Assembly: GCA_050014075.1 (NCBI GenBank)
Contig: JBEKEA010000001.1
Location: 53,764-117,763, forward strand
Direction: 5' to 3'
DNA length: 64,000 nucleotides
From: Sedimentisphaerales bacterium
GTDB taxonomy: Bacteria > Planctomycetota > Phycisphaerae > Sedimentisphaerales > UBA12454
Shown: positions 53,250-63,676 of the stretch, in pieces
Layout: the number at the start of each line of letters is the position of its first letter
How positions within the stretch are numbered: position 1 is the first letter of the stretch
Position numbers and translations under genes: made by a program
Notes under the pieces: generated by a model
Told to the model about the DNA's origin: nothing
The model's input: the letters and a program-made list of their open reading frames with translations, nothing else
Databases searched by the model: none

Positions 53250-54440
53250 ATGAAAATTCTGGTTATTAACGCCGGCAGCAGTTCAATCAAGTATCAGTTA
53301 TTTGAAATGCCCGCCGAAAAAGTCATCGCAAGAGGTTTGCTGGAAAAAATCGGCGAAGAAACCTCGAAATTGACCCATAGTTACGATTCGAAAGTCCATA
53401 AAACCAAGGCAAAGGCGGCAGACCATTTGGCCGGCATGAAAATAATTCTCGACACTCTCACTGATCCGCAGATTGGCGTGATAAAAGACATATCCGAGAT
53501 TTCAGCGGTTGGGCACAGAGTCGTTCACGGCGGAGAAGCGTTTACAGACTCTGTCGTCATCAATCAGAAAGTTATAGATTCAATTGAAAAATTCGCCGAC
53601 CTTGCGCCGCTGCATAATCCGCCTAATCTGACCGGTATCAGGGCCGCCCAAAAAGACCTTCCCAATGCGATACAGGTTGCCTGTTTCGACACAGCCTTTC
53701 ATACAACAATTCCCAAAGTGGCTTATATTTATGCGCTGCCTTACGATATTTATGAAAAATTTCGCGTCCGGCGATATGGTTTTCACGGAACCAGTCATAA
53801 ATATGTTGCCCGCAGGTGCGCCGCGATAATGGGCAGAGATAAATATGATATAAATGTAATTACCTGCCATCTGGGCAACGGCTGTTCTATCACCGCGGTA
53901 AAAGCCGGCAAAAGTATCGATACTTCGATGGGACTTACTCCGCTGGAAGGCCTTGTGATGGGAACCCGTAGCGGAGATTTCGACCCAGCGATTTTGTTTT
54001 ACTTGGCTGAAAAAGGCTACAGCGTCGAGCAGCTTAATAATATGTGCAACAAGCAAAGCGGACTGCTCGGCATATCAGGTGTTTCGAACGATATGCGAAA
54101 CTTGCGCGAGCAGGCACAGGCCGGAAACGAAAGAGCGCAACTTGCTTTCGATATTTTCTGCTACAGGATAAAAAAATACATCGGCGCATATACCGCCGCG
54201 CTGGGCAAACTGGATGCAATAGTTTTCACCGGCGGAATCGGCGAAAACGCTCCCGATGTCAGGGCACAGTGCTGCAATGACCTCGAACAGATTGGCGTCA
54301 GCATAGACCCGGCCGCGAACGTGGAAACAAATCGCGTCGAAGGGCTTATAACATCCGCCGACAGCAGGGTAAAAGTTTTTGTTATTCCCACAAATGAAGA
54401 ATTGGCGATAGCACAGGACACATTCGCACTGGCAAAATAA
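53250..54440 (+). CDS. ackA: Acetate kinase, canonical ATP type
   Basis: NAGSSSIKY, GHRVVHGG, FDTAFH, YGFHG, HLGNG, GTRSGD, GGIGEN, TNEE. Confidence 0.97.
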   Translation: MKILVINAGSSSIKYQLFEMPAEKVIARGLLEKIGEETSKLTHSYDSKVHKTKAKAADHLAGMKIILDTLTDPQIGVIKDISEISAVGHRVVHGGEAFTDSVVINQKVIDSIEKFADLAPLHNPPNLTGIRAAQKDLPNAIQVACFDTAFHTTIPKVAYIYALPYDIYEKFRVRRYGFHGTSHKYVARRCAAIMGRDKYDINVITCHLGNGCSITAVKAGKSIDTSMGLTPLEGLVMGTRSGDFDPAILFYLAEKGYSVEQLNNMCNKQSGLLGISGVSNDMRNLREQAQAGNERAQLAFDIFCYRIKKYIGAYTAALGKLDAIVFTGGIGENAPDVRAQCCNDLEQIGVSIDPAANVETNRVEGLITSADSRVKVFVIPTNEELAIAQDTFALAK

Positions 54441-54465
54441 GACTATGTACTGAAGGAGCGGTAAA

Positions 54466-55104
54466 ATGAAAAAATCGGCGATTATCATAGCCATTCTGTT
54501 ATTCACCGCAGGCTGCGACAGTCTTTATTACGCCACAATGGAAAAATTAGGCAAAGCCAAACGGGACATTCTTGTTGACCGTGTAAAAAGTGCCCGCGAC
54601 GCGCAGGAGCAGACAAAAGAACAATTCGCCTCGGCATTGGATAAATTTCGAAGCGTCGTAAACGTCCCTGCCGGCAAACTGCAGGAAAAATACGACCTGC
54701 TCAAAGGCGAGCTTGATAAAAGCGAAGCAAAAGCCGCCGCAGTTAAAAAACGCATTGCCGATGTTGAAGATGTCGCCAACGCCCTCTTTGACGAATGGAC
54801 AAAAGAACTCGACCAGTATAAGAACGCCGACTTGAGAGCCGAAAGCAAAAAGAAGCTGGACCAGACCCGCCAGAAATACACGCTGTTAATCAACGCAATG
54901 AAAAAAGCCGACAGCAAAATCGAGCCGGTTTTATCGGCATTTCGCGACCAGGTATTATTCTTAAAGCATAATCTCAACGCACAGGCCGTCGCTTCACTTC
55001 AAAGCGAAGTAACTACAATGGAAGCCGATACAGGCAAATTGATAGAGGAAATGGAAAAATCAATCGCCGAAGCCGATACCTTCATCAAAACTATGCAGGA
55101 ATAA
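54466..55104 (+). CDS. DUF2959-like lipoprotein
   Basis: Lipobox TAGC; YYATMEKLG..KRDILVDRV; FLKHNLNAQA. Confidence 0.85.
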   Translation: MKKSAIIIAILLFTAGCDSLYYATMEKLGKAKRDILVDRVKSARDAQEQTKEQFASALDKFRSVVNVPAGKLQEKYDLLKGELDKSEAKAAAVKKRIADVEDVANALFDEWTKELDQYKNADLRAESKKKLDQTRQKYTLLINAMKKADSKIEPVLSAFRDQVLFLKHNLNAQAVASLQSEVTTMEADTGKLIEEMEKSIAEADTFIKTMQE

Positions 55105-55140
55105 AAAACCGATTACTCCATATAAGGTGAAGATTTAGAA

Positions 55141-55593
55141 ATGGGAAAGATTGTAACTAAGCAGACGGGTCTTTGCTTTGTCCTTGGAGTGATAAATTTA
55201 TTTTATGTATTGTTTATAAGCAACGAATTGGATATATTTGCGGGCAAGTTCAGCTTTAAGATTTTATATTTACCTGGTTTAGTTCTTGGACTGTTGATAT
55301 TACCTGCAATGAACTATTTTCTTTGGAATATCAGAAACAAAATCAGTCAGATTGATTATACACTAATAGCAATTCCACTACTATTATGGCTATTGATAAT
55401 TCCAGGGGGATCTTTTACAAACTTTTTATTCATAAATTTCCCGTTGATATGGACGGTTTCATTATTATATCTCTTTAGATTTAGCAACATGACAAAGAGA
55501 GTAAACATTTATGTAGTAGTTTCATTTTTATGGGCGCTTGTTGCCGTAATTTCTTTTGGGGTAAATTATTTTATACCAATTCTTCCGGAATAA
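55141..55593 (+). CDS. Hypothetical membrane protein, AT-rich
   Basis: About 5 hydrophobic segments; AAGGTG RBS. Confidence 0.65.
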   Translation: MGKIVTKQTGLCFVLGVINLFYVLFISNELDIFAGKFSFKILYLPGLVLGLLILPAMNYFLWNIRNKISQIDYTLIAIPLLLWLLIIPGGSFTNFLFINFPLIWTVSLLYLFRFSNMTKRVNIYVVVSFLWALVAVISFGVNYFIPILPE

Positions 55594-55738
55594 TAAATAG
55601 AGACTGCTACATTTTTAATTTTTTTGTGTCTTCGTGCCTTCGTGGCTATAAACCGTATCTTTTCCTCAAATAAATCTGAATAATCATAATATCTGCCGGC
55701 CTGACCCAACGTCGCAGCACTAAAGAAAAAAGCAAGGG

Positions 55739-55825
55739 AAAAGGTTCCTGGAACCTTTTCGCATTTTAAATCATCATAAGTCCTTGTCAATAAAGGGCAA
55801 AAAAAGGTGTCAGGAACCTTTTTTT
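55739..55825. repeat. Pair of REP-like palindromes at the mnmG 3' end
   Basis: aaaaggttcctggaacctttt (55739-55759) and aaaaaggtgtcaggaaccttttt (55801-55825). Confidence 0.75.
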
Positions 55826-57633
55826 GTTCCTTGACACTTTCGCAAATAGATTTGAATAATCATAATATCGGCAGGCGTAATTCCGCCGATTCTGCCGGCC
55901 TGGCCTAATGTTGCGGGCTTGAATTTATTTAATTTCTCTTTCGCCTCGGCACGGAGATGATCGACTTTGTCATAATCCAATTCATCTGGCAGTTTTAATT
56001 TCTCTATTTTTTGTAACTGCGCCACCACCCTTTGCTCTTTAACCAGATACCCTTCGTATTTAGCGTCCGTCATTACGCTTTGGATAACATCGCCCCGAAG
56101 GCCCAGCGCCTTAACTTCCGCAAGAGCTGCAATTCTTTCGCCGCCCGTTTCCTCGGGCCGTTTGAGATGTTCCCAAAGCGATTTCCCTTCTTTGCGCGTA
56201 TTCTTTAAAAAATCGGCAAAGGTATTAACCTGTTCAAGAGTCTGCTGAAATTTTTCCCAGCGAATATTATCGACAAGGCCTATTTCTCTTCCGATTTGCG
56301 TAAGTCTCCTGTCTGCGTTATCGCTTCGCAGGCTCATTCGCCATTCGGCCCTTGATGTAAACATCCGGTAAGGCTCGTCAATTTCTCTGGTCAGCAAATC
56401 GTCAATCATCACGCCGATATACGCCTGGTCGCGCCTTAGCACCAGCGGCTCTTTTTCGCCGATAAGCCTCGCGGCGTTAATCCCCGCCATAATTCCCTGC
56501 GCCCCGGCTTCTTCGTATCCGCTTGTTCCATTGATTTGGCCGGCAAGAAACAAACCCTTGATTTTTTTTGTTTCCAGACTTGGTTTTAGCTGAATCGCGG
56601 GGCAATAGTCGTATTCGATTGCGTAGGCGTAATGGATAATTTTCGCGTTTTCGGTTCCTGCCATCAGTTTTATCATCTGCTCCTGGACATCCTGCGGCAC
56701 GGATGTGCTTATACCGTTGCAGTAAATTGTCGTTACGTCCGCGTCCTCCGGCTCGAGAAATACCTGATGTTTGGTTTTGTCTGCAAAGCGGATTATTTTT
56801 GTTTCGATGCTCGGACAATACCGCGGGCCGGTCGAAACAATCTGACCGGTATAAAGCGGCGCACGCCCAAGATTATCTCGCAGAAGTTTATGAATTTTTT
56901 CATTGGTAAATGTTATCCAGCAGGGAACCTGTTTGCCGATGACTGATTCGGTCATAAATGAAAAAGGCGAAGGTTCTTTATCGCCATATTGAATTTGCGT
57001 TTTGTCGTAGTCGATTGTCTTTGCGTCGAGCCTCGGCGGCGTGCCGGTTTTTAATCGCTTTACTTCAAGTCCCAACTTTGCCAGACAATCCGACAATTCA
57101 TTTGCAGCAGGTTCATCGAGTCTTCCGCCCGGCCATTGTTTGTCCCCTGTGTGCATTATGCCTTTAAGAAATGTTCCGGTAGCGACAATAACTGTTCGGC
57201 AATTAAAAATTTTGCCGTCTGTGCAAAGAATGCCTTTAATTTGATTGCCCTCTGTTAGAATTTCAGCGACGAGTCCTTCAAAAATTTCAAGGTTTGGTGT
57301 TTTCTCAAGTTCGCTGCGGATGAAATCAGAATATTTATATTTATCTATTTGCGCTCTTGGCGACTGCACTGCTGCGCCTTTGGAGCGGTTAAGAAGCCGA
57401 AATTGAATACCTGTCGCGTCCGTCGCAAGGCCCATTAGTCCGCCCAGCGCATCGATTTCCCGTGCGATTTGGCCTTTTCCAATGCCGCCGATGGCAGGAT
57501 TGCAGCTTGCCTTTGCGATAGTATTTTTGCTGATGGTTACAAGAAGAGTTTTTGCCCCGATTTTCGCCGCCGCGTGCGCCGCCTCAGCTCCTGCGTGTCC
57601 TGCGCCGATTACTATGCAGTCGAAAACGTTCAT
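55810..57633 (-). CDS. mnmG: tRNA uridine-5-carboxymethylaminomethyl synthesis enzyme MnmG (GidA)
   Basis: GAGHAG, SCNPAIGG, LKTGTPPR, GPRYCPSIE, GQINGTSGYEEA. Confidence 0.98.
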   Translation of the reverse strand: MNVFDCIVIGAGHAGAEAAHAAAKIGAKTLLVTISKNTIAKASCNPAIGGIGKGQIAREIDALGGLMGLATDATGIQFRLLNRSKGAAVQSPRAQIDKYKYSDFIRSELEKTPNLEIFEGLVAEILTEGNQIKGILCTDGKIFNCRTVIVATGTFLKGIMHTGDKQWPGGRLDEPAANELSDCLAKLGLEVKRLKTGTPPRLDAKTIDYDKTQIQYGDKEPSPFSFMTESVIGKQVPCWITFTNEKIHKLLRDNLGRAPLYTGQIVSTGPRYCPSIETKIIRFADKTKHQVFLEPEDADVTTIYCNGISTSVPQDVQEQMIKLMAGTENAKIIHYAYAIEYDYCPAIQLKPSLETKKIKGLFLAGQINGTSGYEEAGAQGIMAGINAARLIGEKEPLVLRRDQAYIGVMIDDLLTREIDEPYRMFTSRAEWRMSLRSDNADRRLTQIGREIGLVDNIRWEKFQQTLEQVNTFADFLKNTRKEGKSLWEHLKRPEETGGERIAALAEVKALGLRGDVIQSVMTDAKYEGYLVKEQRVVAQLQKIEKLKLPDELDYDKVDHLRAEAKEKLNKFKPATLGQAGRIGGITPADIMIIQIYLRKCQGTKKGS

Positions 57634-58019
57634 TTTTCATCCGTCAGCGCTGTCGCCGAAGCCATAACGAAATTGGCGGTATGGCTGATACTTAAACTTA
57701 TTTCGCCGACGCCGAGTTTCGATGCAATTTTTTTTACTTCGCCGCTGAGCTTAACCTGCGGCCGGCCAAGTGAATTATTAACTATTTCAATATCCGTCCA
57801 GGCAATTTTGCCCCGCCATCCTGTGCCCAGAAGTTTCAGCACCGCTTCTTTTGCCGCGAACCTGCCGCAAAGTCTTTCCACACGGTTTTTAATTTCATTT
57901 GCCTGCTGCTGCTCTGTCGGCGTAAAAACCCTGTCGAGAAAATGACTGCCGTGCCGCTGGAGCATTTGTTCAATCCGCGGACAGTCAACCAAATCTATGC
58001 CGTGCAAAATTTTCGTCAT
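57630..58019 (-). CDS. acpS: Holo-ACP synthase
   Basis: HGIDLV, RFAAKEA, LSISH; start at MTKIL. Confidence 0.95.
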   Translation of the reverse strand: MTKILHGIDLVDCPRIEQMLQRHGSHFLDRVFTPTEQQQANEIKNRVERLCGRFAAKEAVLKLLGTGWRGKIAWTDIEIVNNSLGRPQVKLSGEVKKIASKLGVGEISLSISHTANFVMASATALTDEK

Positions 58020-58035
58020 AACCGGTAATTCTCTT

Positions 58036-59169
58036 TTAACCCTGAATTTCGCGATAGGCTTTTTGCATACAATATTCGATAAAATCATCCGCGTAAGACA
58101 AATCGACCTGCGCAATTATTTTAGCCATCATATCGTCAACTAATTTTTTGCGTTTCTCAAACATTAATCTGCCCTCGACCTCCGACTGAACTTTTTCGAA
58201 AGGCTCGCAGCTTTGAATCTGTTTATTTTCAAGTCTTATGAGAAAAATATGGTTTCCGGCAGCGATAGGTCCGGCAAACTGGCCGATAGCCATATTTTCA
58301 GTCGCTTTTTCTATCGCATCGTAAGGCTCAGCCAGCGAACCGGGCCGGATTGGCTTCCACAGGCCGCCGTTTTGCGCCGCCTGGTCGTTCGAATATTTTT
58401 TCGCAAGCTCGCCGAAATCTTCGCCTTTCCTGATTCGTTCAGAAACTTCCATAGCGAGTTTCATAGCTTTTTTGCCGGCATCGGCGTTCGGGTCGTTGGG
58501 GTCTTTGAATTTTCCAACTTCAAGGTCAATAAGGCGAAATTCTATCTGGCCTTCTTTTGTATAAAATTCGCCTTTTATCTTGTCATAATATTCTATCAAT
58601 TCAGAATGTGTAATCGGTTTTTGAATTTTGACTTCATCGGAGACGAACGACTGTATAAGTATTCCTCTTCTGGTCTGCTTATAAAAGTCCTGCCAGTTTG
58701 TGTGCATAGTCTTGAGCATTTTCTCGACGGTCGCGTAATCTCCGCCGTATTGTGAGATAAATCTCTGCACTTCCTGCTCGACGATTTTGTCTATAATAGT
58801 CTGGTCGATATTTTCAGGCAGCGCCTCCTTGGCTTTTTCATAAAGCCTGATATCTCCTATTTTCTGCAAAAGTATATTTATAAGCATCGGTTTGGCTGTA
58901 GTCCTGAAATGCTCGTAATCTGTTTGTTTTGCAGCCTCGGCAAGAGGCTCGCGAATCGGCTCTATGATTTCATCTGCGGTTATGGCTGTCGAGTCAATCG
59001 ACAATGCCAGTCCACCTGACGGCTTGGGCAGAATCGGAGGCGTTGCCGGGGGCTGTATTTTATCCAGAGCTTTCACGTCAATATCGCTTTTTTTTGTCTT
59101 TTCACAGCCGCTAAACAAGATGAGCATACAACATACAGCCAATAGTCCGGTCTTAATTTTCATATTCAT
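58036..59169 (-). CDS. Parvulin-type peptidyl-prolyl isomerase lipoprotein (SurA/PrsA-like)
   Basis: Lipobox FSGC; GEDFGELAKKYS...GG. Confidence 0.85.
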   Translation of the reverse strand: MNMKIKTGLLAVCCMLILFSGCEKTKKSDIDVKALDKIQPPATPPILPKPSGGLALSIDSTAITADEIIEPIREPLAEAAKQTDYEHFRTTAKPMLINILLQKIGDIRLYEKAKEALPENIDQTIIDKIVEQEVQRFISQYGGDYATVEKMLKTMHTNWQDFYKQTRRGILIQSFVSDEVKIQKPITHSELIEYYDKIKGEFYTKEGQIEFRLIDLEVGKFKDPNDPNADAGKKAMKLAMEVSERIRKGEDFGELAKKYSNDQAAQNGGLWKPIRPGSLAEPYDAIEKATENMAIGQFAGPIAAGNHIFLIRLENKQIQSCEPFEKVQSEVEGRLMFEKRKKLVDDMMAKIIAQVDLSYADDFIEYCMQKAYREIQG

Positions 59170-59208
59170 AATACTTCCTGTAAATAATAAAATCCTTTTA
59201 GGATATGA

Positions 59209-62200
59209 TTATAATTTGGATTGGCCTTTTTTGCGAAGTATTTTTCTAAGAACCGCACAGATTGTATCAGGCTGCAGATAATTCTTTTCAAGCCTTATAT
59301 GCACTGTCAGCGGGTCGGGAATCCTTACTTTGCCCGGTGCGCCGGCAAAAATGTCGTAAATCTTCTTGCCACTGTCTTTTTCGAATGAAAAAACGATGTC
59401 ATTGCCGCTAATGGTAATCGCGCGTATCCCATGCGCCGAGGCGAGGATTCTTATCTCTGCAAGCTCTATCAGTTTCTGCACCTCCGGACTAATATGGCCG
59501 AACATATCATTAAGCTCGTCCTCAAGCCGGGCCAGGTCCCGCGATGTTCTGGCCGCGGCAATTCTCCGATAAACATTCATCCGCTGCGAATCGGATTGTA
59601 TATAATTTCGGGGTATATAAATTGAAAAACCAAGGTCGATAACAGCAGCCGGGACTTTTTCCAGCGGTTCTTTTCTCAGTCTTTTCACCGCATCAGCCAG
59701 CAATTTACAGAAAAGCTCAAATCCGATTGTGTTGATATGGCCCGACTGCTCGGGGCCGAGTATATTTCCTGCCCCGCGGATTTCAAGGTCGCGAAGAGCG
59801 ATTTTAAAACCGGCTCCGAGCTGCGAATATTCTTCTATTGCCTTTAGCCTTTTGACCGCTACCGGACTGATAGTCCTTGTTCGCGGCAGCAGAAAATAGC
59901 CGTAGGCCCTGTGTTTGAACCTGCCTACTCTTCCGCGGAGCTGATGAAGTTGGGCAAGGCCGAAACGGTCTGCGTCATTTACGATAATGGTATTGGCGTT
60001 TGGAATGTCAATGCCCGATTCTATTATCGCCGAGCAAACAAGCACATCAACTTTGCCGAGCACAAACTTAATCATAGTCTTTTCAAGCTCATGTTTGTGC
60101 ATCTGGCCGTGCGCGATTGCGATTTTTACATCGGGCAGCAGCCTTTGAATCTCGTCAGCGATTTTTTTTATCGATTGCACCCTGTTATGAACGAAAAATA
60201 TCTGTCCCTGCCTGTTAAGTTCGAGGGTTATCGCTCTTTTTATAAGCTCATCGTCATATTTTTTTACCTGCGTAACAATCGCCCGCCTGTCTAAAGGCGC
60301 GGTAGCAAGAGAGCTTATATCCCGCAGACCGAGAAGGGCCATATGAAGCGTTCTCGGAATTGGCGTTGCCGTCATTGTCAGTATATCGACGTTGATGCGC
60401 ATCTTTTTCAGTTTCTCTTTGTGCTCGACACCGAACCTTTGCTCCTCATCTATAATCAGCAGTCCCAAATCCTTAAACCCGACATCTTTACTCAGCAGCC
60501 GGTGAGTCCCGATGAGGATATCGACCTTTCCCTGTTTGGTGCGTTTGATAATTTCAGTTGCCTGCTGCTTGGTTTTAAAACGGTTAACAGATTCGACAGT
60601 AACCGGAAAATCCGCGAACCGCTGACTGAATGTTCTTTCGTGCTGAACGCACAAAACCGTCGTCGGCACAAGCACGGCAACCTGTTTGCCCGCCTCGATT
60701 GCTTTAAACGCCGCCCGCATCGCAAGCTCCGTTTTTCCATATCCGACATCGCCGCACAGGAGTCTATCCATCGGGACAGGTTTTTGCATATCGATTTTGA
60801 TTTGTTCGCTGCACGATTCCTGGTCTGGCGTTTCCTGGTAAAGAAACGATTCTTCGAATTCTCTCTGCCAGTTCGAATCCGCACCATAAGCGATGCCCTG
60901 TATGCTTTGCCGTTTAGCCTGTATTTCGAGCAGTTCCGCTGCGAGGTCTTTAACAGCAGCCGCGATTTTATTTTTCTGGCTCTCCCATTTTTTTGTTCCG
61001 ATTTTGCTGAGTTTTGGTCTGACAGCGGTTGTGCCGATATATTTCTGCACAAAGCCAATATTCTGCACCGGCACATGAACCAAAGCACTATCGGCATATT
61101 GAATCGTCAGGAATTCGCTCCTTCCCCCGTCTTTTTCTATCGTTTCTACGCCTTTGAATTTTCCTATGCCGTAATTTATATGAACGACATAATCGCCTTT
61201 GTTCAGCTCTGCAGACGAATCGACGGGGACCGCTGAGCTTATTGGCCGGGTCGTTCGGCGGATAATCGCCTGGCCGAACAGTTCGTGATGGGTTGCGACA
61301 ATTGTTTTAAACTCTTCGATTATAAATCCCCGATGAACAAAACCGACCGGCAGGTGAAAATTGGCGGGTAATTGTTTCGTGTCCTCTTGCGCGATGATTT
61401 CCCTGACACGTTTTACTTCGGCATCCGTTTCGCAATACAAATAAACATCCCAGCCGTCTTGCGCCATTTGCGTCAGTTGCTGCAAACCCGCTTTGTGTCC
61501 TGACCACAACGGCCCGCTTTTCGCCTCGAACTGCTGAACGCTTTTTATTCTAAGCTCGATATTGTCCGGCTCGGAGGCCTGCGGCGAGCTGGTCGAATCC
61601 GCAAATCTGCTTATTGAAACCTGTTTAAAAGCAGAAATTTTTTCAAAAATCCTGCTCCAGTTGTAAAGATTTTGCGGCCTGTCCACCCTGCGGATAAAAA
61701 CATCAGCGACTTCCTGAACTTCGGTCGGCTCCTGGATAAAAATGATGGTGTCAGGGTCTATTGTTTCCAAAAAGTTTGTCTGGTTATCCGAATTATTATC
61801 GAGAACCGCGGCTGTGATTATAATACTATCGATATGTCCGCTTGACCTTTGAGTATCGAGGTCTATCGTTCTTATGCTCTCGATAGTATCGCCGAAAAAT
61901 TCGACTCTAACTGCTATCGGCTGGTTTGAGTGTGCCGTCACCGGCGCGAAAATATCTATTATGCCGCCTCTTTTGACAAACTGCCCCGGCAAATCAATCT
62001 GCGCAACCGCTTCGAACCCGTTATCAACAAGCCACTCCGCCGCCTTTTCCATTTCAATAGTTTTTCCGGTTTCGAGCACCAGCCCTTTTTCGAAAAGTTT
62101 ACTCGGCTTCGGCAACGGCTGCATAATCGCCTGTATCGAAGCTGAAATAATTTCCGGATACTGCCCACTGCCTGCGCTTGAGGCAAGTTTGAGAACGAGT

Positions 62201-62514
62201 CTTGCTCTTGTTGAGCTGATTTCATCTGTCGCGTCGATTAATTCTTCGCCCGCCCAGCCGGGCAGAGTCTCAATATTTTTCCCGCCAAATGCGATAAGGT
62301 CATCGACAACATTGTCAGCGTCGTCGAGATGTGGGCTTATATAAAGAATTGGTTTTTTAAGCTGCTGTTGAATATGCAGGGCCAATAAAGGCGCAAAGCT
62401 TCCCCACGTCCCGGCAATTTTTACCGCCCCGTGGTGAGCTTGTCGAACCGACCTGTTGTCGGTTTTTAATTGCGAGATTATTTCCTGAACACTATTTAAT
62501 TTACCTATATTCAA
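59209..62514 (-). CDS. mfd: Transcription-repair coupling factor
   Basis: RGGIID, GDYVVH..GIG, GDVGYGKTE, DEEQRFG, QLRGRVGR, DLEIRGAG. Confidence 0.98.
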   Translation of the reverse strand: MNIGKLNSVQEIISQLKTDNRSVRQAHHGAVKIAGTWGSFAPLLALHIQQQLKKPILYISPHLDDADNVVDDLIAFGGKNIETLPGWAGEELIDATDEISSTRARLVLKLASSAGSGQYPEIISASIQAIMQPLPKPSKLFEKGLVLETGKTIEMEKAAEWLVDNGFEAVAQIDLPGQFVKRGGIIDIFAPVTAHSNQPIAVRVEFFGDTIESIRTIDLDTQRSSGHIDSIIITAAVLDNNSDNQTNFLETIDPDTIIFIQEPTEVQEVADVFIRRVDRPQNLYNWSRIFEKISAFKQVSISRFADSTSSPQASEPDNIELRIKSVQQFEAKSGPLWSGHKAGLQQLTQMAQDGWDVYLYCETDAEVKRVREIIAQEDTKQLPANFHLPVGFVHRGFIIEEFKTIVATHHELFGQAIIRRTTRPISSAVPVDSSAELNKGDYVVHINYGIGKFKGVETIEKDGGRSEFLTIQYADSALVHVPVQNIGFVQKYIGTTAVRPKLSKIGTKKWESQKNKIAAAVKDLAAELLEIQAKRQSIQGIAYGADSNWQREFEESFLYQETPDQESCSEQIKIDMQKPVPMDRLLCGDVGYGKTELAMRAAFKAIEAGKQVAVLVPTTVLCVQHERTFSQRFADFPVTVESVNRFKTKQQATEIIKRTKQGKVDILIGTHRLLSKDVGFKDLGLLIIDEEQRFGVEHKEKLKKMRINVDILTMTATPIPRTLHMALLGLRDISSLATAPLDRRAIVTQVKKYDDELIKRAITLELNRQGQIFFVHNRVQSIKKIADEIQRLLPDVKIAIAHGQMHKHELEKTMIKFVLGKVDVLVCSAIIESGIDIPNANTIIVNDADRFGLAQLHQLRGRVGRFKHRAYGYFLLPRTRTISPVAVKRLKAIEEYSQLGAGFKIALRDLEIRGAGNILGPEQSGHINTIGFELFCKLLADAVKRLRKEPLEKVPAAVIDLGFSIYIPRNYIQSDSQRMNVYRRIAAARTSRDLARLEDELNDMFGHISPEVQKLIELAEIRILASAHGIRAITISGNDIVFSFEKDSGKKIYDIFAGAPGKVRIPDPLTVHIRLEKNYLQPDTICAVLRKILRKKGQSKL

Positions 62515-62535
62515 AAAGGTGTCAGGAACCTTTTT
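62513..62535. repeat. REP-like palindrome AAAAAGGTGTCAGGAACCTTTTT, copy 3
   Basis: Identical core to the 43956 and 55801 copies. Confidence 0.8.
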
Positions 62536-62550
62536 CCTGTCTTTTTAATT

Positions 62551-63672
62551 TTAGTTCCCAAAGTAGGTATTGACTGCTCTTGCCGCTTTTATCAGAGGTG
62601 AATTTATCGGCACAGTCCTTGTCTTGCCCGCAACCTGCGATAATGGAACGCTCGAAAGTTTTCCATTTTTCATAACTACCAGGCGATTTTTAATTCCGTT
62701 TACAAGCAATTCCATCGCCTCAAAGCCGAAACTCGTCGCCAGTATCCTGTCGTAAGGTGTCGGCGTTCCTCCTCGCTGGATATATCCTAAAGTTACGCTT
62801 CTCGCCTCAAGTTTTGTCGCCTGTTCAATCTGCCCCGCAAGTTTATTTGCGATTCCGCCAAGTCTTATCGGTTCGGGGCTATACGCAATTGTTTCCCTGA
62901 CGACCATTTTCCCGCCGAGTTCTTTTGCGCCTTCAGCGACAACTATAATGCTGTAGCTTTTGCCCCAGCTATTTCGTTTCATCGCAAAGTCGCAGACCTT
63001 TTCGAGTCTGTATGGAATTTCAGGAATAAGAATAACATCAGCGCCGCTTGCCACTCCCGAATGCAGAGCAATCCAGCCGGCGTATCTGCCCATCACTTCG
63101 ACAACCATAACGCGATGATGTGAGCTTGCCGTAGTCCGTAGTTTATCAATTGCCTCGGTTGCGGTTGTTACTGCCGTATCAAATCCGAAAGTAACCTCGG
63201 TGCCCCAAAGGTCGTTATCTATTGTTTTTGGCACGCCCATTACTGTCAGTCCTTTTTTCGCCAGCCCCGCCGCGCAAGTCTGCGTCCCATCCCCGCCGAT
63301 ACAAACGAGTGCGTCAATATTTTTGCTCTTCAAAGTTCGAATGCACGAATCCGATACGTCTTTTAATATTACTTTGCCCTGCGGTGAGCCTGTCGAACCG
63401 CCTGTTCTGCTTTCAACCGGATATTTAAACGGATTAGATGTATTATTTGACCCGAGAATTGTTCCGCCCAATGAAAGAATATGGCTGACATTCTCATAGC
63501 TCAGCGGATGGAGTCTTTTTTCGATAAGTCCCAGGAATCCGTCTTCGATTCCCCATACTTTTATGTCGTATTTTGATATCGCCGCCTTTGTTACAGCGCG
63601 GATAACGGCGTTTAGACCCGGACAATCCCCGCCTCCCGTCATTACCGCAATTGTTTTAATTTTATGCACCAT
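62551..63672 (-). CDS. pfkA: 6-phosphofructokinase (PfkA family)
   Basis: TGGGDCPGLN, GGDGT, PKTIDND, EVMGR, GYIQRGG; start at MVHKI. Confidence 0.95.
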   Translation of the reverse strand: MVHKIKTIAVMTGGGDCPGLNAVIRAVTKAAISKYDIKVWGIEDGFLGLIEKRLHPLSYENVSHILSLGGTILGSNNTSNPFKYPVESRTGGSTGSPQGKVILKDVSDSCIRTLKSKNIDALVCIGGDGTQTCAAGLAKKGLTVMGVPKTIDNDLWGTEVTFGFDTAVTTATEAIDKLRTTASSHHRVMVVEVMGRYAGWIALHSGVASGADVILIPEIPYRLEKVCDFAMKRNSWGKSYSIIVVAEGAKELGGKMVVRETIAYSPEPIRLGGIANKLAGQIEQATKLEARSVTLGYIQRGGTPTPYDRILATSFGFEAMELLVNGIKNRLVVMKNGKLSSVPLSQVAGKTRTVPINSPLIKAARAVNTYFGN

Positions 63673-63676
63673 ATTA

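Noticed and set aside
62551-63672. PPi-dependent phosphofructokinase matching the PPi-type kinase idea
   Set aside because: It has GGDG rather than GGDD, so PPi specificity is not supported despite PKTIDND.
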